DNA from: an uncultured Acidobacteriota bacterium
GTDB lineage: Bacteria; Acidobacteriota; Terriglobia; Terriglobales; Acidobacteriaceae
DNA: 64,000 nt
Direction of reading: 5' to 3'
Assembly: GCA_963754885.1 (NCBI GenBank)
Contig: CAVWHT010000041.1
Coordinates: forward strand, 24,441-88,440
Made by a program: the position numbers and the translations under genes. The notes under the pieces are model-generated. The model was not told the origin of the DNA. It saw only the letters and a list, made by a program, of their open reading frames with translations, and did not search any database. The stretch's first letter is position 1, and each line of letters starts with the position of its first letter. Positions 51,053 to 60,903 of the stretch are shown piece after piece.

Positions 51053-52540
51053 CTATTGGCCGGCGGAAGCACTACGTGAGCGGCTATTGAGGCAGGAACG
51101 GTTTCTTCCCAGTTGCTTGGCGGCGTACAGAGCATTGTCAGCGGCGCGAACCAGTTCATCGCGGCTCGACCCGTGATCCGGACAAGCTGCAACGCCCACG
51201 CTGATAGTTACAGTGCGGGGCACACCCGGGAATTGCCAGGCCTCGACGTGACAACGTAATTTTTCGGCAATGGCGAGGGCCTGCTGCGCGTTGACTTGGC
51301 TCAGCAGAATGGCGAACTCCTCTCCGCCATACCGGCAGACAACGTCGATCTTGCGCAGCTGCTGGTGGAACAGCGAAGAAACCTGCCGCAGCACTTCATC
51401 TCCGAGCAAGTGCCCAAACTCATCGTTCAAGCTCTTGAACTGATCGATATCGGCAATAATGACGGCCATTCCCGTGCCATAACGGCGGGCGCGCTCCAGT
51501 TCCTCCCCGATCCGCAGTTCGAAAAATCGCCGGTTGAAGATGCCGGTCAGCCCATCCAGATATGCCAGCTGCTTAACGCGCTCCACGTAGTGAGCGTTCT
51601 GGATAGCATTGGCGCAGATATCCGCCACCGATTCCAGCGACTGCAGCTCGCTTTGTCGAAAAGCGTTAATGCGCGAGCTGTGCAGCGTCAGCACCCCAAG
51701 CGTCTGCCCGAAGGAAATCAGCGGGATGCTCATGCGCGATCCCGTCTCCTTGAACAGGTGCAGCGACTCGGGAGCCCCGCTCAGATCTTTTTCAACGACC
51801 GCGCCATGGCTCGCGATTACCTCGGACCAAGGCTCGTCGACAGCCGAGATGCGCTGGCCGGGCGGCAAACACGGCGTGAGGACGCCCTGATGTGCTCGCA
51901 TCACCAGGTCGCCTTCCTCCCGGAGTAGCAGCGCCACGTGCGAAACCTGAAACGCCTGCTGAATGACCGAACAGGCACGGACCAGCAGGTCCTCGAGTTC
52001 CATCACCGCGGTGCTCTCTTGCGCGATCTTGTTGATGGCTTCCAGTTGACGCGCGCGTTGCCGCTCCAGCGAGTACAACCGCGCGTTCTGCAGTGCGATC
52101 GACGCCTGAGTGGAGAACAGAGTCAGTAAATCGATGGTCTCGCGGTCGAAGTGATCGATGCGATCGCTCTGGCAGTCGAGCACCCCAACCACCTCATCGC
52201 ACACCTTCAGGGGAACGGCCAATTCGGAGCGGGTAGATTGCGCGGAGCAAACATAGCGAGGATCGAGGGTCACATCAGGCGCGTAGACCAGCTGTTTCGT
52301 CGAAGCCGAGGCTCCGGTAATGCCTTGGTCGAGGGCGAGGCTCGCATCCTTGCCGGCGTCCCACCCAATCTGCGACCGCACGCAAAGCTGCCGCGTCTCC
52401 GGATCGAGCAGGAGAATGGCGACATTTCGTAAGTGGAAATGGTCGCGGGCGATCGCCAGGATTCGCTGTAACACTTCGTCCAGATCGAACGTCGACAGCA
52501 CGGCCTGGCCGGCTTCATATAAGACGGCAATGTCCGGCAT
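51053..52540 (-). CDS. GAF-GAF-GGDEF diguanylate cyclase
   Basis: Two GAF-like modules, then ...DGLTGIFNRRFF...RYGGEEFAILL... (intact GGEEF). Confidence 0.9.
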   Translation of the reverse strand: MPDIAVLYEAGQAVLSTFDLDEVLQRILAIARDHFHLRNVAILLLDPETRQLCVRSQIGWDAGKDASLALDQGITGASASTKQLVYAPDVTLDPRYVCSAQSTRSELAVPLKVCDEVVGVLDCQSDRIDHFDRETIDLLTLFSTQASIALQNARLYSLERQRARQLEAINKIAQESTAVMELEDLLVRACSVIQQAFQVSHVALLLREEGDLVMRAHQGVLTPCLPPGQRISAVDEPWSEVIASHGAVVEKDLSGAPESLHLFKETGSRMSIPLISFGQTLGVLTLHSSRINAFRQSELQSLESVADICANAIQNAHYVERVKQLAYLDGLTGIFNRRFFELRIGEELERARRYGTGMAVIIADIDQFKSLNDEFGHLLGDEVLRQVSSLFHQQLRKIDVVCRYGGEEFAILLSQVNAQQALAIAEKLRCHVEAWQFPGVPRTVTISVGVAACPDHGSSRDELVRAADNALYAAKQLGRNRSCLNSRSRSASAGQ

Positions 52541-52623
52541 TCCAAAGGGATTCTATCTTTGAAACTCGCGAAAACGAGGTTCCGAAAGTACCCGGCCTTC
52601 CGCGAGAAGGGTTTGCCTTCGAA

Positions 52624-52830
52624 TCAACGCCATCGTCTGGCGGTGCGGATCAGCCCGTAGGCCACCAGGCAAAACCAGAAGTCAATCACCATGCCCAGGT
52701 CGAACCGAAAGGGACGGTGTCGCGCGGCCATCGGAAGCGAGGGGGCGAGCGCGAAATACACGACATTGCCCAAAATAACGGCCAGCAGGGCCTGTAGAAA
52801 ATTGACCAGCACTGATGTCTTAGACACCAT
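52624..52830 (-). CDS. Hypothetical small membrane protein (68 aa)
   Basis: Two hydrophobic segments; track ORF only. Confidence 0.4.
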   Translation of the reverse strand: MVSKTSVLVNFLQALLAVILGNVVYFALAPSLPMAARHRPFRFDLGMVIDFWFCLVAYGLIRTARRWR

Positions 52831-52990
52831 AGGAGCCTCGGCGGGTTGGCGACAACCAATAGGCGCTCAACGCATCACCCTTGGAAGAGAAGCGCGACAG
52901 CGGCCGTGAGCGAGGCGCGCTCCTGATATTCTTGCGGGGACGCATGCCTTCAGGTTAGAGCAAGGGCATGGACTTCGAGAAATCCTGCGC

Positions 52991-55210
52991 ATGCTTGAAC
53001 TCTCCACGCCGGTGCAGTATGTGAAAGGCGTTGGTCCGCGGATCGCGGAACTGCTGGCCGGCAAGGGCATCCACACGGTCGGCGACCTGCTCCATTATCT
53101 TCCCTTTCGCTACGAAGACCGGCTGAATCCTCGCGGCATTGCAGAGTTGCGCGCGGGCGAGATGGCCACGGTGGTTGCCGAGGTTCGCAACTCCGGATTG
53201 TTTCGCACCCGCCGCATGCCCATCTTTCAGCTCACGGTGGGACAAGGCCGCACCCGGCTGCGCTGCCTGTGGTTCAACGCGACTTATCTGCAAGACAAGT
53301 TTGTGCCGGGGCACATGATCGCGCTCTACGGCAAGGTCGAAGAGGATCCGCGCAGCCGCGAATTGCAGATCATGCAGCCGCAGTTCGAGATTCTGGGCGA
53401 GGCCGGCGACTCCGGGAATGGCGCCGATAAGAAAGCCACCGAGTCGCTGGAAATTGGGCGCATTGTTCCGATCTATGAGGCCATCGGACGCCTTACCCCG
53501 CGCTGGTTCCGGCGGATCATTCACACTGCTCTCGACAATCTGACGCCCGATTTGCCGGAAGCGATTCCAGCCGCGGTGCGATCGCACCTGGGATTGATTT
53601 CTCCGCGCGCCGCTTTGTGGAACGTTCACTGGCCCGAGCCCGGCGAAAGCCTGGAACAACTGCAGTCGTCGCGCACGCCGGCGCACATCCGTATGATCTT
53701 CGACGAACTTTTCTTTGTGGAGTTGGGCCTGGAGTTGAAACGGCGCCAGCAGAAGGCACAGACGGGAATCGCGTTTCGCCTGGACGATCGGGCGCGGGCG
53801 GCGATCAAGAAGATTTTGCCCTTTCATCCCACGGCCGCTCAGAAGCGGGTGCTCAAAGAAATCGCTGCCGACATGGAGAAGCCTTATCCCATGCGGCGTT
53901 TGCTGCAAGGCGATGTGGGTTCGGGAAAAACAATTGTGGCTTTTGAGGCGGCGATTATCGCGATCGAAAACGGCTGCCAGGTGGCATTGATGGCGCCGAC
54001 CGAAATCCTGGCGCAACAGCATTATTTTTCGGCGCGGCGCATTCTGGAGAATGCCGGATATCGCATCGTGCTGCTGACGGGCTCACTCGAAAGCGATCGC
54101 AAGCGGGAAATTCGCAGGCACATCGCGCAGGGGAATGCGCAACTGGTGATTGGTACCCATGCCCTGCTGGAAGAAAAAGTGGAGTTTGCCAAGCTTGGGC
54201 TGGTGATTGTGGACGAGCAACATCGCTTCGGCGTGATGCAGCGGCTGAAGCTGATGAAGAAGTCAGGCGAGAGCGGTGAAGACAGTGGTGTGGGACATAG
54301 TTATGTGGGGACGGGCGCTCCCGCCCGTCCAGCCGAGCGAAGCTCGGCAGTTGCCGGCGAACCCGACGTCCTGGTCATGACCGCGACCCCCATCCCACGC
54401 ACTCTCGCGCTCACCCTTTACGGCGATCTCGATTTGAGCGTGCTCGACGAATTGCCGCCGGGGCGCACGCCCATCGTTACCAAATGCGTCTCCGACGAGG
54501 AATCGCCGAAAGTGTGGGAGTTCGTTCGCAAGCAAGTGACGGCGGGACATCAGGCGTACGTGGTCTATCCCGTGATCGCCGAAAATGAGGAGAGCGAACT
54601 CAAGGCGGCGATCAAGATGTACCGCGAACTGAGCGGCAAGATTTTCTCCGACCTAAAGGTTGGCCTGCTGCACGGGCGCCTCGACGCCGAGCTGAAAGAT
54701 CAGGTCATGCGCATGTTCCAGCGTGGCGAATTGCAGATTCTGGTGGCGACCACGGTCATCGAAGTTGGCGTCGACGTGCCCAATGCGACGGTCATGGTGA
54801 TCGAGCATGCCGAGCGCTTTGGCCTGGCGCAGCTTCATCAACTGCGTGGGCGGATCGGGCGCGGCGCCGCGAAATCGTATTGCGTCCTGATGACGGGAGG
54901 AAAGGTCTCCGAAGACGGACAAAAGCGCCTGGACGCCATGGCGCGCACGAATGACGGGTTCAAAATCGCCGAACTCGATCTTGAGCTGCGCGGTCCGGGA
55001 GAATTCTTTGGCACGCGCCAGGCCGGGCTGCCCAGCTTTCGCGTGGCCAACATTATTCGCGACGCGCAGTTGCTGGAAGCCGCGAAGCGCGAAGCCGCCG
55101 CGGTACTGGTGGGACCCAATACGGAAATCTCCGCGGAAGAGATCAGCCGCGCGCTGGTGCACATGCGGACGCGCTGGCAGCATACGTACGGACTGGTCGA
55201 GGTAGGCTAA
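52991..55210 (+). CDS. recG: ATP-dependent DNA helicase RecG (with in-frame REP-derived insert)
   Basis: Wedge domain, LQGDVGSGKT (motif I), VIVDEQHRFGV (motif II), MTATPIPRTLAL, QLHQLRGRIGRG. Confidence 0.95.
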   Translation: MLELSTPVQYVKGVGPRIAELLAGKGIHTVGDLLHYLPFRYEDRLNPRGIAELRAGEMATVVAEVRNSGLFRTRRMPIFQLTVGQGRTRLRCLWFNATYLQDKFVPGHMIALYGKVEEDPRSRELQIMQPQFEILGEAGDSGNGADKKATESLEIGRIVPIYEAIGRLTPRWFRRIIHTALDNLTPDLPEAIPAAVRSHLGLISPRAALWNVHWPEPGESLEQLQSSRTPAHIRMIFDELFFVELGLELKRRQQKAQTGIAFRLDDRARAAIKKILPFHPTAAQKRVLKEIAADMEKPYPMRRLLQGDVGSGKTIVAFEAAIIAIENGCQVALMAPTEILAQQHYFSARRILENAGYRIVLLTGSLESDRKREIRRHIAQGNAQLVIGTHALLEEKVEFAKLGLVIVDEQHRFGVMQRLKLMKKSGESGEDSGVGHSYVGTGAPARPAERSSAVAGEPDVLVMTATPIPRTLALTLYGDLDLSVLDELPPGRTPIVTKCVSDEESPKVWEFVRKQVTAGHQAYVVYPVIAENEESELKAAIKMYRELSGKIFSDLKVGLLHGRLDAELKDQVMRMFQRGELQILVATTVIEVGVDVPNATVMVIEHAERFGLAQLHQLRGRIGRGAAKSYCVLMTGGKVSEDGQKRLDAMARTNDGFKIAELDLELRGPGEFFGTRQAGLPSFRVANIIRDAQLLEAAKREAAAVLVGPNTEISAEEISRALVHMRTRWQHTYGLVEVG
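54304..54348 (+). repeat. Intragenic REP-like element in recG
   Basis: tgtggggac scaffold; ggacgggcg-ctcc-cgcccgtcc (54309..54330) and gccgagc-gaa-gctcggc (54332..54348). Same scaffold as 15491..15534. Confidence 0.8.
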
Positions 55211-55236
55211 GCAAGACGTTTGATAAAATCAAAAGG

Positions 55237-56151
55237 ATGGCCGGAACTTCCCAGCTGATTCAGATCGAGCTTGCGCCGCCGGTGCGGGCGCCGAAACCCC
55301 GCTGGCTGCGGGCGAAAGCTCCGGTCGGCGAAAATTTCCATAACCTGAAGAAACTGGCTCGTGGCATGGGGCTGCACACGGTATGCGAGTCAGCACAGTG
55401 CCCGAATATCGGCGAATGCTGGAACCATAAGACCGCGACCTTCATGCTGCTGGGGGACATCTGCACGCGCCGCTGTGGATTTTGCGCGGTGCCCAAGGGA
55501 CGTCCGCAGCCGATTGATTGGGAAGAGCCACGGCGGGTCGCAGAAGCCGTCGCCACGCTCGGACTGAAGCATGCCGTGGTGACGAGCGTGAACCGCGACG
55601 ACGATAACATCGGCAGTGCCCGCGTTTTTGCCGAGACGATTCGCGAGATTCGCGAACTCACGCCGAATTGCCGCGTCGAAGTACTCATCCCCGATTTTCA
55701 AGGGCTGGAAGAGTCGTTGCGCATCGTGCTCGATGCCCGGCCGGACGTGCTCAACCACAACACGGAAACGGTGCCGCGCCTGTACCGAGCGGTGCGATCG
55801 GGTGCGCGCTACGAACGGACGCTTACGCTCCTCGAGAACGCCAAGAAATTTTCGCCCGGCATGGTCACAAAAAGCGGAGTCATGGTGGGGCTGGGCGAGT
55901 CGTCGGAAGAATTAATCGAAGTTTTTCGCGATCTCGGCGGCCGCGGCGTCGACATTCTTACGGTCGGTCAATACCTGCGCCCTTCCAAGGATCATCTTCC
56001 CATCGCTCGCTTCTACGAGCCCGAAGAGTTCACTTACTTGCGGGAGCAGGCTCTGCGCTTCGGTTTCCGCCACGTCGAATCGGGACCGATGGTGCGCTCG
56101 AGTTATCACGCGCACGAGCACGCCGACGCCGCTGCTGGCCCGAGGCCCTGA
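55237..56151 (+). CDS. lipA: Lipoyl synthase
   Basis: CESAQCPNIGECW and CTRRCGFCAV radical-SAM cluster motifs. Confidence 0.95.
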   Translation: MAGTSQLIQIELAPPVRAPKPRWLRAKAPVGENFHNLKKLARGMGLHTVCESAQCPNIGECWNHKTATFMLLGDICTRRCGFCAVPKGRPQPIDWEEPRRVAEAVATLGLKHAVVTSVNRDDDNIGSARVFAETIREIRELTPNCRVEVLIPDFQGLEESLRIVLDARPDVLNHNTETVPRLYRAVRSGARYERTLTLLENAKKFSPGMVTKSGVMVGLGESSEELIEVFRDLGGRGVDILTVGQYLRPSKDHLPIARFYEPEEFTYLREQALRFGFRHVESGPMVRSSYHAHEHADAAAGPRP

Positions 56152-56243
56152 TTCTATTCGTCTTCCCCTCGTCAATAATCCCGGGCGAAACATTCCCGCC
56201 AGTGGTCGACTCTGAAAACTGGCATGGCCGAGCAGGAAAAATC

Positions 56244-57317
56244 TCAGAAGATGTGCAGCTTGATGCTCAAGTACTTCTTCGGATTCTCACGCACGGCTTT
56301 TACCAGGCCCCGCGTCTCCACCAGCATCTCATTGGCGTTGTTATAGAGAGTCTCGTCTTTGAAGAGCTTGCCCACCGTCCCCTGTCCGGCTTCCAGTTCC
56401 GTCGTGAGTTGCGAGAGCTTGGTGATGGTTGTATCCAGCTTCTTGGCCAACTCTTCGTCCTTGGTCAGCCTGCCCAGCGTCCCCCTGCCGGCGTTGATGT
56501 CGTCGGTCACTTTCTTCAGATTGGCAATGGTGTCGTTAGCGTTGTTGTAGAGCGAGGGATCCTTCAGGATCTTGCCGGCCGTGCCCTTGCCCTGCTGCAT
56601 GTCGTCGATCACGGCATTCATCTTGTCGAGGGTAGACAAGAATTTATCGTAGGCATCATTGCGGTTGATGAGCGCGCCCAGGCTGCCCTGACCGTTCGCC
56701 ACCTCCTCAACGATCTTCTGGAGATCCGCGACCGTGACCGACAAGCGGTTGTACAGGGTGGGATCGTAGATCAGTTTGCCGAGTGATCCTTTACCGCTTT
56801 CGGCGAAGGCCAGAATGCGGTCGGCACGCTTCAACAGCGCGTCCATGTTCTGCAGCGTGCTCTGGCTGGCGCGGACGACCTGGTTGAAGTCGGGGTGCAC
56901 TTGCGTGGGCAGCGTGTCTCCATCGTGGACGGGACCGCCTACCGCCTGCGAACTGTCAATATCGAGATAAGTCTCGCCCAGTACGCCTGCGGTTTCCAGC
57001 GACGTGACGGAATCGCTGCGCAGGCCGTAGTCATATTTCGTGCTGATCTTCATCGTGACTTCGACGGGAGTCAGAGGCTTGCCTCGAACGATCGCGATGT
57101 GGGTAACGTTTCCGATATCGACGCCGCTCAGCCGCACCGGGGCTCCCGGGCGCAATCCCTCAGCATTGTCGAAATATGATTTGACGGCGATGCGGGTAGT
57201 GAAGAGGTTGTTTGTTCCCGACATGAGGAGCAGGAGCAATCCCAGCGTCAAGCTCGCGACGATCACCGTGATCCCAACGCGCAGTTGCGACCACTTGAGC
57301 TGCTTCTGGCTAGGCAA
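56244..57317 (-). CDS. MlaD/MCE family protein
   Basis: N-terminal TM, MCE domain (...LRPGAPVRLSGVDIGNVTHI...), then five G(K/Q/R)G(S/T)xGxL...LYN repeats. Confidence 0.85.
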   Translation of the reverse strand: MPSQKQLKWSQLRVGITVIVASLTLGLLLLLMSGTNNLFTTRIAVKSYFDNAEGLRPGAPVRLSGVDIGNVTHIAIVRGKPLTPVEVTMKISTKYDYGLRSDSVTSLETAGVLGETYLDIDSSQAVGGPVHDGDTLPTQVHPDFNQVVRASQSTLQNMDALLKRADRILAFAESGKGSLGKLIYDPTLYNRLSVTVADLQKIVEEVANGQGSLGALINRNDAYDKFLSTLDKMNAVIDDMQQGKGTAGKILKDPSLYNNANDTIANLKKVTDDINAGRGTLGRLTKDEELAKKLDTTITKLSQLTTELEAGQGTVGKLFKDETLYNNANEMLVETRGLVKAVRENPKKYLSIKLHIF

Positions 57318-57436
57318 ATGATTCCCTCATGAGGCCAGCAAGGACGAGATTCGCCAGCCGCGGAAACAGCTTCCGATCGCGGTCGGCTCCCCGGGACACG
57401 TCCATCGCAGCATGATAACAAACTCGGAGACGATGG

Positions 57437-59866
57437 CTAAGCGGCTTTGGTTTGCAAAACTGGCACCACGATGAGGGCCAGCAGGTATGCGGCGGCGCCG
57501 CAGGCCAGGGTCACCGTCAGCCCAAACTGAATGGCAATGACCATGGCCAGCACCGAGCCCAGAACGCTGGCAGCCGCGTTCATCGACCATGCCCATTCCA
57601 CCCCGTTATCGAGCGCGGATTGATCGGCAGAAATCTCACGCCTGCGAGATGCGGCAAGCGCGCGCAGGCCCGTCGGAAACGGCATTCCCATGACGAAGCC
57701 TAGCGGGATCAGAAGCACTCCGCTGACCAGTAACCGATATTGAAATCCCATCCCCACCAGCGCCGCCAGACGGCTGGGCAGAAAAAGACGTTGGCCACGA
57801 GGGTGACGATGACCAGCAGGAGCGGAATCCAGACCATCTCTGCGCGCGGCAGCCACAGCCGCGAGAACAGGCTTCCGGCGCCGCTCGAAAGCATCAGCAG
57901 AAAAATCACCACGGTGAGCGCGTACGTAGGATGTCCCAAAAACAGCACGAACCGCTGGATGAACGCGATCTCCACCAGAATGTAGCCCAGGCCGACGGCA
58001 ACGAAATAGACCAGTGGAAAGGCCGACTGGCGCCGCTCCCCTCCGGCCAGCACTAAAGGCAAAATCAGGAACACCAGCACGGCGATGAGAGAAATCACCA
58101 GCACGAGCAACAGCACCAGAACCCCCAGATTTACCTTCCAGTCGATGCCATGGCGCAGGCTGTGCTCTCCCAGGATTTGTCCGGGCTTCAGGGTGAAGAA
58201 AAAGAAAGGCGTATTGTCGCTCACCGGAGTGACGTTGTAGGCGTAGCTGCGAGCGAAGGCGTAGGGATCATTGCTCGCAATCAGCGCGGAGAACGGATTC
58301 TGACCGGATCGCGAAAGAAGCTGCGAAGAAAGCCCGGCTTGCGAAGGGAGATAGAGCGCGTCCAACTCGGAATATCGATTCAGATGCGCGCTCACGGCGG
58401 CTTCTTCAGCGGGAGTGAAAGCTGTTTTCTTGGCCAGAACGACGACCGGGATTCCGTCTTCGTCGAGCGCCCCTTGCGAAGCCACGATGAAATTGCGCGC
58501 CGGATTCGCGACGCCCAGGCGATGCAGCGCTTCCATCGCGACCGCTACCACCCGCAGGGCTTCTCGCGGCTGGCGGAACTCCCAGCGCGTGATGGCGATC
58601 ATGCCGTCGGGGTTGAGGTGGTCGAAATATTCCCGGAAAGCCTCTACCGTATAGAGATTATTTTCGCTGAGCGCGAAGGCCCCGGCCGCAGTTGAAGCCC
58701 AGGTATCGACCAGTGTCATCTGCACTACATCGAAATGTTGCTGCCGTAGAGCGGAGAAACGACCGGCCGTCGCTGACATGAATGTGAACATCGGGACGCT
58801 GGTACAAATGCTGCGAGTAATCGGCATAGCGTCCCTGCATGATCGTGCTGGCAATAATCGGATTGATTTCAATTCCCGTAACACTGGGGCTGCCATTGGC
58901 CACCGCGCGCAGAATGTCAACTCCTCCGCCGGGCCCGATGATGGCGAATTCTCCGTGCGGCCGCAGGACGTTGGCCAGAGCAGGTGGTGCCGACATGAGC
59001 GCGTCCTCCCAGGCCGTTTCGTGCCAGCGTGCCACCTCCGCGTTCATGATGTAGGTGGACGCGTCGGCGTCGATCACGATGGTTTTGGCCTGTCCCTGGC
59101 GGTCGACTTCCACGCGCGAGAGCGCATTCCAGCGCGCGAATTCTACCCACGCCGGATCGCGAAACATGCCCTTCGCGTACACCACATCGATCAGGCGTCC
59201 GGAGTAATTCGCGCCCGTCAGCACAACCAGCGTGAGCGCCAGCACCGCCGCATTTCTTCGCGCTGCGCCGCTCTCCGCCCATACGCCAGCCGCTGCGGCC
59301 AATGCGATGGCAGACGTCAGAATCGCATTGGGACCACCCAGCCAGTTCAACAGCGGAACCACCGCCAGGCACGCGAGCGCGCCTCCGCAGAGGTCGGCGC
59401 CGTACATGCGCGGGATGCGACTGGTCTCGCGCGCGAAGACCACCGAGAACAAAAGGCCGGTCAGGAAAAAGGGAACGGCCGCAGTCAGGTAGAGAATGGT
59501 CAGCCGGAGAAAATTCTTCCCCGTAACGTCGAGCGCAACCGGGACGTGGAGAACGATCTCGAGGACTACCACTACCAGCAGCGCATTGGCGGCGCAGAGA
59601 CGAGTTGCGAGGACACGGGTGTCGAATATCCGCAGGCGGCGCTTCAGCAAGTACGCGAACACTCCACCTGCGCCCAGTCCAAGCAACGCGATGGAAATTG
59701 CGAGAAACGCAAAATGATAAAAGAGAACAACGGAAAACAGCCGGGTCAACGAAAGTTCGAGCAGCAACGCCGCGAAGCTGGTCAGGCCAAGGCCCGTCAG
59801 CAGCGTGCTTTCGGGGATTTCAACCCGGCTCGCGACTGGAATAGGTATAGGAGCGATGACGGCCAT
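57437..59866 (-). CDS. Spermidine-synthase-like (class I SAM-MTase fold) protein fused to N- and C-terminal polytopic membrane domains; two apparent frameshifts
   Basis: Read across track ORFs 58658..59866, 57709..58920 and 57437..57856. ...IIGPGGGVDILRAV...IEINP...HVSDGRSFL | FDVVQMTLVDTWASTAAGAFALSENNLYT... | LPSRLAALVGMGFQYRLLVSGVLLIPLGFVMGMPFPTG. Confidence 0.75.
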
Positions 59867-59936
59867 AAAGGAATTGAGGCGTCAGTCTAGCAGATGGTTG
59901 GCACAGGGTTCCGTGACGCAGTTCGCGGGAGCGCAG

Positions 59937-60314
59937 TCAACTCTCGAGGATGACCTGAGCGATCGCCTGATCCACGGTGTGCGAAATCGAAAGCGCAGCA
60001 TTCTTCACGCCCAGCTTGGCGGCAAACTCTCCCGCCTTGCCGTGGAACGCGATCGTAGGCCGGCCTCCGGGCATGCGGATGACTTCGCAATCGCACCAGC
60101 GCACTCCGTGGTTCCATCCGGTGCCGAGCGCCTTCATCGCCGCTTCCTTGGCGGCGAAGCGGGCCGCGTAGCGCTCCTCACGATTCACCTTGGAGTCGCA
60201 ATAGCGCTGCTCGCCGGCGGTGTAGATGCGATCGAGAAACCGCTGCCCGAAGCGCTGAATCGATTCGCGAATGCGGGGAACTTCCGCGATGTCGATGCCT
60301 GTGCCTACGATCAT
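59937..60314 (-). CDS. acpS: Holo-[acyl-carrier-protein] synthase
   Basis: MIVGTGIDIAEVPRIRESIQRFGQRFLDRIYT...; 125 aa. Confidence 0.9.
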   Translation of the reverse strand: MIVGTGIDIAEVPRIRESIQRFGQRFLDRIYTAGEQRYCDSKVNREERYAARFAAKEAAMKALGTGWNHGVRWCDCEVIRMPGGRPTIAFHGKAGEFAAKLGVKNAALSISHTVDQAIAQVILES

Positions 60315-60348
60315 GTGCTTTCAGTCCTATTTGATCTGGCACAGAATT

Positions 60349-60879
60349 TTACAGCAACCGGTCCCCGCGGTAGAGCAAACGGCCATCGATCATGCGGGCT
60401 TCGGCAGTGAGCTTATGCGGTTTCGCGGGTCTGGCGTCGTCGATATGCAGGACTTCGTGCCCGTGTGCCACCAGCCAGTCGGAAACCAGCATCCGATGGC
60501 AGCGGAAGTAGACGCGCTCGGCGCACATATAAGCCGTGCGGGAGTTCTCGGCCAAGCTCAACAGTTCGGACATGGCCTTCTCGAACTCGGCGGTGAGCAT
60601 GTAGTCCGCATAGTTGCGAAAGCTGTCATTGCGCAGGGCGATGTTTGGTGAATCCTCCATCATTCGCTTGCGATATCCGCCGAGAGATTTCATCCAAACG
60701 TAATGAATGCCTGCCGCCGGCAGCGTCTGTTCGAGCGAATCTCGATTGAATTGCGGCAAACGGCGCGACATGGGGAAGGCACGAATATCGACGAGAGTCG
60801 CGATCTGATGCGCCTGCAACGCACTCGTCAGCTGGTCGAACGACCGGGTCGAGTGTCCGACAGTGTAGAGCGTTGCCAA
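60349..60879 (-). CDS. DUF488 domain protein
   Basis: MATLYTVGHSTRSFDQLTSALQAHQIATLVDIRAFPMSRRLPQFN is a typical DUF488 N-terminus. Confidence 0.8.
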   Translation of the reverse strand: MATLYTVGHSTRSFDQLTSALQAHQIATLVDIRAFPMSRRLPQFNRDSLEQTLPAAGIHYVWMKSLGGYRKRMMEDSPNIALRNDSFRNYADYMLTAEFEKAMSELLSLAENSRTAYMCAERVYFRCHRMLVSDWLVAHGHEVLHIDDARPAKPHKLTAEARMIDGRLLYRGDRLL

Positions 60880-60903
60880 CGAAGATTCGATGCTGCGCAG
60901 GAC

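Noticed and set aside
55668-56786. 372-aa + strand ORF
   Set aside because: It starts out of frame inside lipA and then runs antisense to the MlaD gene. Composition is R/P/G-rich with no motifs.
58778-59890. 370-aa + strand ORF
   Set aside because: Antisense to the membrane/spermidine-synthase-like gene; R/Q/G-rich low complexity.
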